Shown here in pieces: positions 14,199-28,523 of a DNA stretch of 64,000 nt. Below the pieces are notes generated by a model. It made no database searches, was not told the DNA's origin, and was given only the letters and a program-made list of their open reading frames with translations. The position numbers and the translations under genes are program-made. Numbering within the stretch: position 1 is the first letter of the stretch; each line of letters starts with the position of its first letter. The stretch is from Eledone cirrhosa (Eukaryota): contig OZ024740.1 in NCBI GenBank assembly GCA_964016885.1, positions 355,074,001 through 355,138,000 on the forward strand. Reading direction: 5' to 3'.

Positions 14199-14762
14199 AT
14201 CCCAATTTGACAGAACAGAGCAACAGTCAGAGGATGCCAGAAGTCTAAAAAGAAACAGATGCTAAAAGAAATTTGTCCACAAATGATGAGTACTTAGTTA
14301 TCTTCCAATCTCCTTCAGTAGACAGAAGCTCCTGGTTTTATGGCCAAAATGTCAAATCTAGTGTCCAGATGAGTGACTTCCCTCCTTTGAACAGGAAAAG
14401 GATTATCCCATCTAGACGTCTACAGTTGCTGTGGTTGTGACAGACAGGACTTGTGAAAGTAAACTTAGTGTTGAAACTCAGTAACATGTTAAAAGAATGT
14501 GTCCCACACTGTGCTGACAAAAAAGCAGGTACTGCCTGAATTTGTCTGCAGTAGCTCCAGCGACATTTGTGGTTCACACACAGAGACCATGGCACAGGCA
14601 GCCCTGAGCCTGTACACACATTTTCAAGAAGAGTGTTGATCAACAAAGAGGATATTGTGTTGAGGAAATTAAGAAAGTGTTGGGTAATGATGACTAGATT
14701 CTCTTGTTAGTGGATTTACATTTGATATTGTTAGAATCAAGTATCAGAATAACATTTTTTAC

Positions 14763-15362
14763 CTTTAATGATTTCTTTTTCTTTTCCATCTTTTTCACTT
14801 CTACCTTTTGTTCTTCTGCCCCACTTTCACCTGGAAGATCATTTTCATCACGTTCCTGTATAACAGAATACTGTGGGGTCTTGGCTGTTAACTTTTGAAT
14901 CCTCATTGATAGTTCAGCACCATCTGGTTGACCTCGTGCACTGCAGACAGCCTTCTCCCAAGTTACATCCAATTTACTCTTGGATTTTTTGGAAAATGTA
15001 CTGTCCAATGTATTGTCTAGAACGGGATGTATGGAACTGATGTCGTTAAGTGGTCCAAGGGAAGTGAGAAAATCAGATTTTGTTTCGTTCCTTGATTGTT
15101 TAGTATTTCCTTCATCAGTTGCCGTCTCCAGGCCACTGTCTGAGCTGATGTTCTTGTGTTTTCGTTTCCTGGCATTTGCAGCTTTGTCTATCTTTCTTTT
15201 GGGCGCTGGCATTGATGGTTGTGCAAGCTTCATTGGCTCCTTTTGTATAATGCTGTCTCCTTCGGGTGGGCGACGTTGATTTTGTGCATGAACATCGAGA
15301 CTAGTGGAGTGACGGCGGATCTTTTTATTTTTTTTAGTAGTGGCGGCCTCGGGACTTTCCAT
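14763..15362 (-). CDS. PUM3: PUM3 coding exon 1 (200 aa basic/acidic low-complexity N-terminus; ATG 15362, acceptor just upstream at 15365-15366)
   Basis: Open frame MESPEAATTKKNKK...KKKKSLK|gtaaaa; in frame with downstream PUM3 exons. Confidence 0.75.
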
Positions 15363-16261
15363 CACTGTAATGGAAATTATACACAATTAAATACAAAATG
15401 ATACAACGCGACTTATAAATAAATATGAAGTAAATAAATACATAAATTATAAAAATGAAGAGATAAAATGCACAGAAAATTACTTTTTATACAGAAACAG
15501 CAAAATCTCAATAATTTGACAAATATAATTCTTGTATATACTCTTTAGAAAAACTAATTAAAACATTTTCGGTTAATTTAAAATGTCTACATAGATTCGA
15601 TTCCAGCACATACTTCGTTACAAAAAGAATGTACACTGGCAACCGCGCGTATTACGGATTGTATTACAAGATATCATGGAGCAACTAGTTAAATAATAAG
15701 ACTGGCTTATTATATATATATCAATATAAAATTATATATATATTATATTCCCCTGAACTTTGCCAAGAGTAAAGTTAATAGAACTCCGCTGGATTACAAA
15801 CAAAAGCTTTTGTGCAGACGGTGGATATATCAAGTAACATTAAATAAATAAATAAATAGATATTTGATGTAGAGAAAGTGGGGGGTAACCGTTTTTAAGA
15901 AACTGAATTTTAAAATAACTGGGGCAACAGTTTCTTGCAAGATTTCAAATGAAATTAAGTTTCTTTAACTGAAAAGCGATGTTTTTTTTCTTTGTCTTTT
16001 GTTTTTTTTTTCAGATCTGCCGTTACAATGATTTTTATGAAGTGACTGATTATCTTTTGGAGGTAAAGTTTGTGGATGAGCATAAAACTCTTAAGAACAA
16101 AAACATTTGCCATACGCGCGCTTTAAAAAACAAAACAACTACAAAAGCTGTAACCAACAGGTTGGTATTAAACAACTAACCGTAAAATATTCAGCTAGTA
16201 AAGTAACTAATATTTTGGCTAAATCGTCTAGAAAATAATTTTAGAATACAATGAAAATACA

Positions 16262-16569
16262 GCGTTCTTTCCTTTTAGGTAGACGTCAAGATCGGATCAA
16301 TAATTTAAATTAATTACAATAATTTTCTTTAATCATTATCAAACATAATTCAAGTTTAAACATTATCTTTTACTAATAAATAATTTCGAATTTACATATA
16401 CAAAATTCCTGCAGATACATGGAAAAAAAAAAGTGCTATGATCCACGTAATTTGCGATATTTCCTTTTCTATTACCGATAAATCATTCGATCAATCGGGT
16501 ACCATTCGTTTTCATATTACTTATTTCATTATGTACAGCGATTGACGTCTACTTAAAACGAAAGAACGC
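16262..16569. mobile_element. MITE in PUM3 first intron
   Basis: 28-bp TIR GCGTTCTTTCCTTTTAGGTAGACGTCAA / TTGACGTCTACTTAAAACGAAAGAACGC. Confidence 0.65.
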
Positions 16570-17249
16570 CAAAAATAAAATATAAAATCTCAATATATAA
16601 ACAGGTGCAAATTTTATACTTCTATTATGAAAAATAGATATTTATTACGATTTCTTTTATAAAAAATATTTTATTACGATGTTAAGCTAAAGCATTTCCG
16701 TTATTTCGGGGTGAAATTGAGATAAATCTCAAGGAATATAAAATGGTTAACTAACAAAAATCTAATGGAATATAAATGTGCAGAAGTGATTCAGTTTGGT
16801 CATTTTTTATATATATATATATATAAAGGTTATGTTAATAAAAACTTTAAGTAAACAAAACATTCATTAATACTAAATATAAGAATTGATTTATCTGATA
16901 GTTTCAATTTACCCATTAACGAAATCAAACCACGTGTCTACATTTGGTGAAGATTTACATACAAATATACGGAATAAAACATGAATATAATAAAAATTGT
17001 ATAAAATAAAGGAGACAAAAATATAAAACTATTCACTTACCTTCAATTAAATGTATTTATTTTCAAACTAAAACTTATAAAAGCCACAAATTGAAGTTAT
17101 TACAATTAAATGTGGCGACTGGGTACAAAAGAGAATGTTAAACCATCAATCTATCAGCAGTTAAATTTTCTACAAATAAAAATCAAAGATCGTCAATAAA
17201 ATTTATCTTTTCATAAAATTAAATCTCTTATTAAATTATTCCTTGCATG

Positions 17250-17791
<542 letters not shown>

Positions 17792-18523
17792 TGAAATCCC
17801 TAAGGCTCAGTTCTTGAACTCTGTTACCCTATTTATAATTTCTCATTTATGTTCCCTTCATTTCCTACTTTTTAACTGGCATGTTATACAAGCACAAAAC
17901 AATTTCTCTATTTGTTCCCTGCCTCTAATGTTAAAACCATTCATTTCCCTTCTTTTATCGGCCACGTATCGTGTATTTATTTTCCAGCATATTTTCCAAA
18001 TTTCATTTTACTTATATAAGTCTATTATATTATATAAGTCTGTTGATTCGTAAATTGTTTAATCGTGAAAATTTGCCATAGATATCTTATATTTGAAGTT
18101 GATTTTACCTATTTTTTTTTTATATCTTGTTTATAAACTAAGTAAAACTCATTAAAATAATTAGACTTGGGTCGGGTGGGGCTGCATGCAAGTTTTCATT
18201 TTGTATATATTTTTAACAAGGCCCAGTACCGAAACTCTAAATATATTACGAGTTGTATATTTTGGTTATGATTGCATTGAGTATAACTTATGTATGACAA
18301 CGAGCTAGTTTTTAAAGCATTTGCATGAATGTTTCGCTTTAGGTATATAAAATAAAAAGCGTCGAATTAGCAGAAATGTTAGATTTAAGAATGCCTTCAG
18401 TGTTTGTCTCGACTCATTGCGCTCTGAGTTCAAATCCCGCTGAGGTCGACTTTGCCTTTCATTCTTTCGAGATCGATAAAGTGGCAGTCCAGTGATGGGG
18501 ATCAATCCCCACCTCTGTCTCTT

Positions 18524-18564
<41 letters not shown>

Positions 18565-18892
18565 CTCTCTCTCTCGCACACACACACTCTCACACATACT
18601 TTCTCTCTCTCTCTCTCTGGGAGACATCGGCTATGTCCAGACTTAGAGAGAGTGGGGGGGGGGGGCTATGCCAGGGCTAAAATGCCAAGACACGCCATGT
18701 GTCAAGATCGCACGCCCATTATTCCATCAGTAGTTAGGGACCTTTCTCTTTATATAAAATAACTGACAATAAAATACTATATAGTTAAATAGAATGACAC
18801 GTGCGTCTTATCGGAGCCTTAGGCAAGATGCTTTTTTTTCGATACAACGAACTGCCTCACTTTTTATTGGGGACATTAAAGGAAACTCAGAT

Positions 18893-19575
18893 CTTCTTCT
18901 TCTTCTTCTTCTTCTTCTTCTTCTTCTTCTTCTTCTTCTTCTTCTTCTTCTTCTTCTTCTTCTTCTTCTTCTTCTTCTTCTTCTTCTTCTTCTTCTTCTT
19001 CTTCTTCTTCTTCTTCTTCTTCTTCTTCTTCTTCTTCTTCTTCTTCTTCTTCTTCTCCTCCTCCTCCTCCTCCTTCTTCTTGAGAGGGTCGTGGGGATAG
19101 AGTCTTCAAACACTCCTTCTAGTGGGTTCTTTTAGAAGCCACCGTCTCCAACTGATCCTGCTGGATCCTCAAGTGTTTCCAGCCAAGCTCATGGATGTTA
19201 TCCAACCATCTTGCTCCGGGTTTAACCTAGAGTCTTCTGCCAGTTGGTTTTGCCTGTAAAATCTGTCTAACTGTTCTTTCCTGAGACATTCTAACCACAT
19301 GTCCATAGTATCGGAGTTATGATTTCACAATTCAGAGTAGTAGTAGCTCTGCCTGGAGTGACTCTCTGATGTCCGCGATCGTATTTTTTTGGTAATTTCC
19401 CAAGATTCATGACTATAGGTAAGTGTTGGCATGAATATCGAATTGAAAATAGCAAGTTTGGTTTTTACACCTACCTTCCTTTTTCTGATTACTGAATGCT
19501 GAAGTTGGCACATTACTGCCCCAGCTCCTGCAATTCTTGTACTTAATTCAGCCTCCTGCCTTTCTTCACTTTTGA
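18893..19575 (-). mobile_element. RTE-clade LINE 3' fragment whose (GAA)n tail has expanded into the long (CTT)n tract at 18893-19080. Sister fragment at 34755-34995 (+)
   Basis: KTKLAIFNSIFMPTLTYSHESW; GRRPRG..W motif and short GAA tail in the second copy. Confidence 0.75.
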
Positions 19576-20724
19576 AGGGATTTAATAATATAAACACTTG
19601 GTTTTTACGGGTGGATGCCCTTCCTGATACCAACCATGTTACAGTGTAGACTGAATGCCTTTTATCATGGCACCAGTATGACCACCTTACAGAGTGAACT
19701 GGGCACTTTTTGTAATGTCACCAACACAACCACCTTACAGTAAGGACTGGGTGCTTTTTTTGTCATGTCACCAGCATGACCACCTTACAGAGTCAATTAG
19801 GCACTTTTTGTCTTGAAAGGCAAAGTTAATTTTTGATTTGAACTGAAAGCACAATGAGCTGGAAGAAATACCAAGGTATTTCTAATCTGGCTCCATAAGG
19901 ATTCTGCCATTTTTCTGTCTTGTTTCTGTGTCTAGTCAAAAGAAATCAATATCTGAACAGTAATTCGTTTTCTCACCAATTTTCACTAGCCTTTCAAATA
20001 CTTGTAACCATTATAACCATTCATTAGTACTGGCATTGTATCAGGAAATGACCAGGAGCATTCTCTCTGAATTTGATTAAAGTATAATTAATGCCATAAA
20101 TGATGTCTTTGTACTGGTTTCTTCTGCTATTACTTTGTCATTGTTCATGATCTGTATTCTTTTATGTTTTGAGGTATTGAGATTCCAGCCTTTTTTTGTA
20201 GATATCTCATGGGACTTAAAAGTGTTACTGATTAACACTTTAGCGTTTACATTACTCTATATTTACTATTGTATTTTCACGATAAAGGCTTTATCTCACA
20301 TAATTGTCTCACGTAATATTGAATCTATGAGATTTTGGTATTATTTATTTTGCAGTACCGGTAGAGGGTCAGACAACATGCTTTGCAACATAGAGTTACG
20401 GCCCTTTACGATCTGAGTTCAAATCCTGCCGAGGTTAGCTTTGCTTTCATCCTTATGGGGTCGATAAAATAAAGTACCAGTAATACACTGGGATAGTTGC
20501 TGGCATTGTGCCAAAAGTAGAACAATACCTTAACATAAGTATGAGCAGCTGGTTATGGCTGGTTTGAACAGAAAGAGGTGAGAGAATTCTGGCTGGATGC
20601 AGCCAGTTTAAATGCTAAAGGCTTAAATACTAAATATAAAACAGTGATCATGATTGTAACCATTAATAGCAACAGTATTTAAGAAGTTGATTAATCTCAG
20701 AAATTGTAGTCAAATCTCCCTCTC

Positions 20725-21960
20725 TTGGACCACACTCTACATTCAAGGATTTCACATAGATATCAAACAAAGGCTTTCACTTACTCTGGTTCTAAATACC
20801 CTTTTATCAGCCCTTTAAATTCAACTGCTGCTTTTACTGCCCTTCCAACTTGTTCACTCTCTAACAATTGTTTGACTCTCTCATCCTGCATCAAGGACAT
20901 CTCATGTCACCCCTCTCCAAACTTATCATCAGTGACTTCAATGCTCACAGCTTTTGTGAACTGCTGTATTTCTCCGACATCATAGACACTGGCACAGAAA
21001 CAGAATCTATTACCATTCTGAAATCTCTGTAATATAACAGCTTCATTGTCATTACCTTTACATAATCCTGATTAACACATTTAAACACTTTTGATCTCTT
21101 TCTCACCTAAAAACCCAGCCTTTACCAGACAACATGAATCTCTGCATTTATCATACAGATTCTTTGGTCATTGCCTAATTGCAGCTACCCACTACACATT
21201 CACATACTGCACAACACTCACATCTTCAAACCCTATTACACCTCTGGTACTTCGAATCAATTCTCTTGTCAGAGTTCTGCTAGTTTTACCTTAACTATTC
21301 CTGGCAACGTATGTACTCCTCTGAGCTATCTAAGTACATAAAATCAACCTTTTACATTTCTCCAACAGCTAAGTCCAACATCCCTTAAGTCCACCAAGTA
21401 GAATAAAATGGCCTGCAATACCTAGATAAATATACCGCCTCCAACATCTTGGTGGCTTTTACTGAATACTGCAACTCCTGTAAGGTTGTCATTAGTAAAG
21501 CAAAAGATTCCATCATTCATTGCACCATCTGAAAAGTTTCTTGCCTTATAAATTGCAGCTGGTCTTTCTGTTCCATTGCGAAAAAAAAAAAAAAAAAATC
21601 TTTACCAACTTTGCAGAATCTTCCTATCCACTGCTTTTCTATTAAACTGGATTCGTTAGCATTACAAGCTGAACATAAAGCACATGAACCTCATCAATTT
21701 CTGAGGCCATGTGAAGATTATGTTTGCAACCCCTTTCTTCTGACTAAGCCATAAGAATAATCTAACTGTGGTTTATCAGCCTCTGTAAATTTTGGTGAAA
21801 GCAATGTTGTACTTAATATCGCTAAAGCCTTTGACTGTGCATGGCATGAGAACCTTCTAGCTCAGTTGCCTACTATGGTCGCCATCTGTCTCATACTTTA
21901 GATTGGTAGCTTCCTATCACACTTTGATCACTGCAGTATTTCATGATTGGAATCTCATTG
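20725..21960. mobile_element. Decayed LINE remnants (RT fragments)
   Basis: Fragment NIAKAFDCAWHENLL near 21816-21860; heavily degenerate. Confidence 0.5.
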
Positions 21961-22225
21961 CAGTATATGTTGATTGGGTTATCACCAACCTACTCTCTAT
22001 CAATTCTCTTCTACTCTGTTGCTGTTAGGTAATGTTTTCCATACTTTTGTTATAGCAACATTAACGACCCACTTATTGCCCTTTCTACCAACACACGTCT
22101 CTATACAGATAACACTACACCCTTTATTCTTATACAAACACACACACACACACATACACACACATGGAAAATGGACGTTAAACGATAATGATGATATATA
22201 CGGACGTAAAACGGTGATGATGATG

Positions 22226-22257
<32 letters not shown>

Positions 22258-22831
22258 ATATATATGTATATATGTATACATACACATGTATGTTTGTGTG
22301 AAGGTAACATTAGATATGATAAGCACTAATGAGAGACAGATAAAAGAAACAGGCTAGCACTGATGAAACTTAAGCTACATTTCTCAGTTGTTGAGCAATG
22401 ACATTACAGATTAAACTTCAGGACATATGTTGATTACCTTCATACTCAAATTAGGTACTTGGATCTATTTTTACTGATGTTCTTTATAAACTGTAGTACT
22501 TGAATCTCTAGGATAAATTGGTCAGTTTCTTAGTTTAGCTGGACAAGTTCACCCTGTAAGGAGGTCGTTTCAGTGCCACTATAAAAAGCATCTAATCCGT
22601 GCTTAACGTGGGTGGTGTTAGGAAGAGCATCCAGCCATAGAAACCAAGCCAAAATACAGATCCATATGAGTAAGACTAGGTCTCTGGACCTGACTTGTTT
22701 CATAATGTGACAACCCATCTAACCCATGCTAGTGTGGAAAATGGATGATGATGTTGATGATGATGATGATATATATTCTCTACTCTTTCAAAAGTAGATA
22801 TAAAAAGATGATGAGGATTTATACATTAAGG

Positions 22832-23107
22832 CAGAGGTCCCAACCACTGGATCACAGACCAGTACAGGTCTGTCGATCATTTGCTACTGGGCCGCAAAGA
22901 AATAATTAACTCATTTAAAATTATATAATAGATAAATTGAATATTGGACTTTAATTTAAAAAGATTTACATGAAAGTCAAAAGTTTATATACTTTTTCTT
23001 CCCTTTAATAAATTGCTCTCTTTATTGAAATGCACTTATATAACACATATGTGCAACTACCGGAAAGATTGTCTGGCATGAAGCTGGTCTGTGGTATGAA
23101 AAAGGTC
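22832..23107. mobile_element. hAT/Charlie-like MITE remnant
   Basis: CAGAGGTCCCAAC... and CTGGTCTGTGGTATGAAAAAGGT resemble Charlie-type termini. Confidence 0.45.
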
Positions 23108-24801
23108 TTATATAGCAAGATGACCCACCTTGATTTGATGTTTATAACAAGAAATAACAATTATGAATGAATTAACTACTATTACTAAGATTTTCAACAT
23201 AAAAAACATATACAACGGTTCAACCTTTACTAGTATAGAAAGCAGACATTAATTGATGTTGATGATGATATATATTAATGTATGTATGTGTCATCATCAT
23301 CACCATCATTTTAATGCTCGCGTTCCTTGCTAACAAGGGTAGGATAGGTCTACATGGACCAAGTCAGTACTGAAGCGGGGCTACTGATCTCCCAGACAGG
23401 CTAGGGATCTGCATCACGCTTATGTACAGTCTCATGTTCTACTGAGTACACAGGAGAAATCGTCATGTCTTTGACACAACTAAAGGGGCCTCTCAACCAT
23501 TTGTTTGGCAAGCTTTATATGGCTGAGTACCCTTCCATCCACCAACCACTTTACAGTGCATACTGTGTGTGTTTATCATGTAGATCACCAACACTAGAAA
23601 TGTTGCCACACTGTGGCATGACTGGAGGGTCCTCTTGACCCTTTTTTTTTTTTTGTATGTATATGAATATACACTCACTTATGTATATTTAGATTTAGAG
23701 ATCTTATAGTCAATTTAACAACAGGCTCCAGTATTTTGCTGGTACATTTTATCTTTTGAAAGTGAAAGCAGGAAGAGAAGAAAAAATAACAAACAATTCT
23801 GGTTGGATTTACAGCCAGAGCATAGGCAGTCAAATTTAACTATTTACAAAGTATTTAACTCTTTAGCATTTACATTACTCTATTTATACTATTATATTTT
23901 TGTGATAAAGGCTTTACCTCACATAAATATCTTACATGATATCGAATCTATGAGATTTTGATATTATTTATTTTGAGAGCAATACCTTAACATCAGTATG
24001 AGTGGCTGGTTACAGCCAGTTTGAACAGAAAGAGGTGAGAGAATTCTGGCCAGATACAGCCGGTTTAAATACTAAAGAGTTAATCCAACATTGTATATAC
24101 TTTCTAGAGTCATCAACACCAACATTTTAAAAATTTATACTTTTACCATGATAGAAATTTTGTTTTGGGGGCTAAAAGTTTTAGTAAAAATAAATGAGAT
24201 TGTGTGGCACTTATGCTTTCTCATTTCTCAATGGGAACATTGACAAAAAACATTTGCAATGAAATCACTCACACTAAAACTAGGTCACACTGTCAGATGA
24301 CAACAACCCTAATTTGTTTCTCTCAAACAATGACCATGCTATTGACTTTCTTCCAAACACCTGCTCTTAAGTTACTTGATAAATGAGAGAAATGCTGGTT
24401 GTATTTGTTTCCTTTCATGGTTGGATGAGTGATTTTAAAGAAAACTGAAGTGTCTGCTTGTAACTGGGTATATATGCAAATGTGTGTGTGTGTATATATA
24501 TATATGTGTGTGTGTGTGAGTACCAACTATATAATGAAGCTATATACACACATACGCACATAAACAAACCTGTCATCATCATCATCATCATCATTTTACG
24601 TCTGCTTTTCCCTGCTTGCAAGGGTGGGACGGGTCTTATTCAGCAATTTAACAACAGGCTCCAGTATTGTGTGTGTGTATATATATATATATATGTGTGT
24701 GTGTGTATATATATATATGTGTGTGTGTGTGTATATATATATGTGTGTGTGTGTGTGAGTACCAATTATATAATGAAGCTATATACACACATAAACAAAC
24801 C

Positions 24802-24856
<55 letters not shown>

Positions 24857-24861
<5 letters not shown>

Positions 24862-24975
24862 AACCAGTAAGACCCCGACAGCTGAGCTCAAGCCGTTTCG
24901 ACGGCTAATTCTGGACTAAATGAAAATTTATCCTGGTATTTAAATAGCCGATCTTCTCAAGGGGTAATTCCATAT
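24857..24975 (-). ncRNA. Type I hammerhead ribozyme, U3:A8 core variant (UUGAGAA)
   Basis: Reverse complement of the 28866-28983 motif; predicted cleavage between 24877 and 24876. Confidence 0.75.
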
Positions 24976-25306
24976 ATGGTCAAAGTGATTGTCAAAAATC
25001 AGTAGTAATTCTGTGGTTGCAAATTAGTAGGGGAGATGGTGGCTAAACCTGCCAGTAGGAGAAAGAGGGGAGGGGGTGGAGTAGACCCAATCAAGCGTTG
25101 GTAGTGCCAGCTACAGCTGGGCATGAGGTCAAAGAAGATACTGGGGAGGGGGAGGGGGAGGAAGTCGGAACGGTAGGTAGAATAATGGGGGGTAGAAATA
25201 TATAGGAAAGAAAAAATACTGAGAGTGAAGAAAAGCAAATAAGTGTAAAGAAAAAAGTAAAGTAAATTCTACGACCTAGGTCTCTAGCTATTGTTAGGCT
25301 AGAATA

Positions 25307-25338
<32 letters not shown>

Positions 25339-25480
25339 AGTAAAGAAAGAAATAACGAAATAAGTAAAAGAACTAGGTGGGACGGATAGACAAGGACCCT
25401 TTAAGAGGTATAAGTACGTAAATGATACGGTGACGGGTCAACAAAAGGGGCCAAAATACTAAAGAGACTACCACGAAATA
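24860..25480 (-). repeat. PLE 3' pseudo-LTR (inverted partner 28317-28980)
   Basis: Near-exact reverse complement, differing by a few substitutions and (TTTC)n length. Confidence 0.95.
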
Positions 25481-26070
25481 AACAATAAAGGTTTCCATCC
25501 CGGGCACAATGCCAGCAACCACCCATGCAGCAAAGTGAACTAGTACGAGATAATAATTCTGAGTCCCGAGAAAAATATATACTAATGCTAACTCTAAAAG
25601 ATCTAAAACAAGCTACATGAAAGTTCGTACGAGGTAAAGGTAGAATACGGAAAGATAAATTCAGAATCCACCCCGCCCAAAAGAAAAGCGAAGAAAGAAA
25701 TACTGAAACGAAAAAATAAGGCATAAGTGCCACTAAGAAATATAGAGGGCACAGAGAATAGTGGGAGCGGTCGGAAAAAGGGGACAAGTATCCGGGGTCT
25801 AAACCAACTGCTATAAAAGGCGGAGTCCGCCAAATCTATCATAGACTAGGGGAGGGGTGGGGGTACTAAGGCTACAAGGGGCCAAAGGGCAGCCTCGGGT
25901 GGGCGAGAAAAGACGCCGGCAAAGGAGAAGAGCTGGGGTAGAAGGACTAAGGAGAGAGGGGGGAAGGAAATAAAGGAAGCGATAAAAGAATACAAAGAAG
26001 ATCTTACGTCTCCCTTGGCAAGCAGGGTTACCCATTGCAAAATCGGCAAGTGGGGTGTTATAGCCCTAGT

Positions 26071-28224
26071 CTACCCCCCCGGGTCATTATGGGGTTTGAG
26101 GGTGAGGTAAGTCCTACGCAATCTATGTTTACATGCAGTAACCAGTTCATCTTTCTTGTTTAGGAGTTGGTCCGTCGAAAACAGCATTTGTAAAGTTTCC
26201 TCCGAGCATAAATTGCACGGACGGCGTCCTCCCGTGTAAGAATTGGCTCTGGACAGTAATCTCCAAGTGAGATCATAGGTGATGTTGTTGTCCTTGAGGT
26301 CCCATATGTGGCCCGAAAGTGTAGTGGCGTGTCGCCGGGCCGGGTTTCGGAAGGTATGTCTATGTTGGTATAGCCGGGTCTTGAAGTCACATGCGGTAAG
26401 TCCTATATAGGCTTTGTTGGAGGTATCCGTCCTCACGTTGCACTGGTAGATCACATTACGGTCTCTGCATCTATTGTCGAGTGGGCAAATGGATCTATCC
26501 GGGCAGTTACACCTCCTGGTCGGTTCTCCACTGATATTTAGGTTATTTCTGCCATCGGGGTTGAGTTTTTTGCTGTTAGAGGAGACGATGTTTTGTGCGA
26601 AGTTTGGTGTAGTGCTGTAAGAGAGTTTGATGGTATTTTTGTTAATTATGTTGTGGTAGCGGTGTTGTAATGGGAAGTGTTTTTCAATGAGCCTAAAGAA
26701 TAGTTTCCCGATGGGAGTTGTCACCTCTGCGTTGTGGGGAGGATTGAACCATGTTACATTGCGTGAGCGGCGGTGTCTCCTGCTGGTTCCGCTAATGGGA
26801 GCTGGACAGTAGGATATTTCCTCCCGGAAACCACTCCGCTTGAGGGCCTGGTTGTAATAAGGCGCATGTTCATCGAATATCCGCTCATTAGCTGACAAAC
26901 GGGATATGCGGAGGGAGATGTTTTTGACCAGGTTGTTTGTGATGTTCCTAGGATGGTTTGATCGGCGGTGGATGTAGTGCAGATTGTCATTAGGTTTCCT
27001 GTATGGGTAGTACAGGTCGTTTTCGAGGTCAAGGGTCACGTCCAGGAAGTTTACTCGGGTCAGGGACGTTTGTAGGGTTATTTTAAATCCCCAGTCGCGG
27101 AAGAATCTGATTAATTGTTTCCGGACCCGATCTGTACTACTGGGGTTGTACCCTTTAAGGGTAAGGAGCCCATCATCACGGTACAATCCACCACCGAATG
27201 CAGGAAACATATCAGTGAGTTTGGCTATTAGGAATAATCCTATAAGATCAGTGACCTCCGCCGAATCCGTGGCGCCCATGCTGACGTCGAAGGGTGAGTC
27301 GGGAGCTCTTTTTATCCATTTAGAGTCGTCAAAGAGTAAGACTGTCTTCCTGGCGTGGAGGATGATTTTTCTTTCCTGGTCGGTGATGGGCACAAGTGTT
27401 TCGGCGAAGTCCAAGGCGGCAGTAAGTAGCGGTAAGGTGATTGAAGCATAGTAGCTCTCTATGTCGAACTGTATGAATTTAGTTTCTCGTTTATCCTCCA
27501 TATTGCTGAACCAGGAGATTACTTCCTGGGTGTTGATCCATAGGCTAAGTCGGGCGTGTTGCTTGACTTTTGGTATCACGCGGTCTAGGATTTTTTTGCT
27601 GATTCTCCCTATGTCGGACTTCGTTGGGTTAATAAGCCTGATAGAGGGTTTACGGTCAAAATCGGATTAATGGTCCTTCAGTGTGAAGTATGGTGTCCGT
27701 GGGTCTAGAGGTTCCGTGCGGTCGGCGACCCCGAGGCTGGAGGTAATTTGTTGTCCATCTCGATTTATGTCCTCGATGCAAGAGTGGTTGGCCTTTTTAT
27801 AGGTGGAGTTTAGGCTGCTCCTGATCAGTGTGTGGTATCTGTCAGGGTTGACAAAGTATAGGTTCCCGGTTTTATCCGAATGCACCATGATGTCATTTGT
27901 GTTATCATACTCTGTTAAGTTGCTACGGAGTTTTTGTAGGAATCGGTTGTGTCTGGGTTTAAATTTAATGTTCTTGACCAGTTGGAAGAGGTCATTCTCG
28001 AAGGGTGCGAGCAAAGGGTTCAGGGGCGGAGATTTGTAGGTAATAAATCCGAATCTCTCCTTTGTGCCGAAGTCTTGGTTGTCGCAATATCTGTCATAGA
28101 AAAAAGTTCTCCATCTAAGTCTTTTCGCAAATAGATCGATTTTTTGCGTGAGCATCCGAAGGTAAAGTTATTTCGGTGGGATTGGGATGTTCTTGGTAGA
28201 GAAGTCAATGTTGTGTTTTCGCAT
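26071..28224 (-). pseudogene. PLE polyprotein: single frame of 718 codons with two in-frame TAA (28170-28168, 27669-27667)
   Basis: ORFs 27667-28155 and 26071-27579 and ATG 28224 are all in the same frame. Confidence 0.88.
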
Positions 28225-28316
28225 GGTGCGGGTGAAATGAATTGAGCTTAGCGGAAAAGTCTGGATACGGCGTGGTAGGGTCGGAAAGTGCTCTACTACG
28301 GGAGTAGTCTCTTTAG

Positions 28317-28467
28317 TATTTCGTGGTAGTCTCTTTAGTATTTTGGCCCCTTTTGTTGACCCGTCACCGTATCATTTACGTACTTATACCTCTTAAAGGG
28401 TCCTTGCCTATTCCGTCCCACCTAGTTCTTTTACTTATTTCGTTATTTCTTTATTTCTTTCTTTACT

Positions 28468-28523
<56 letters not shown>

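Noticed and set aside
18794-19135. Poly-L/F/R/E ORFs
   Set aside because: Translations of the (CTT)n tract, which is an expanded LINE tail
25480-26070. Possible HDV/twister/pistol ribozyme in the PLE 3' UTR
   Set aside because: Local hairpins and G/C tracts are present, but I could not fit any consensus by eye; an Infernal scan would be needed
27667-27669. A-to-I editing rescue of the TAA stops
   Set aside because: Double editing would give Trp at a position where Lys is expected; no supporting data
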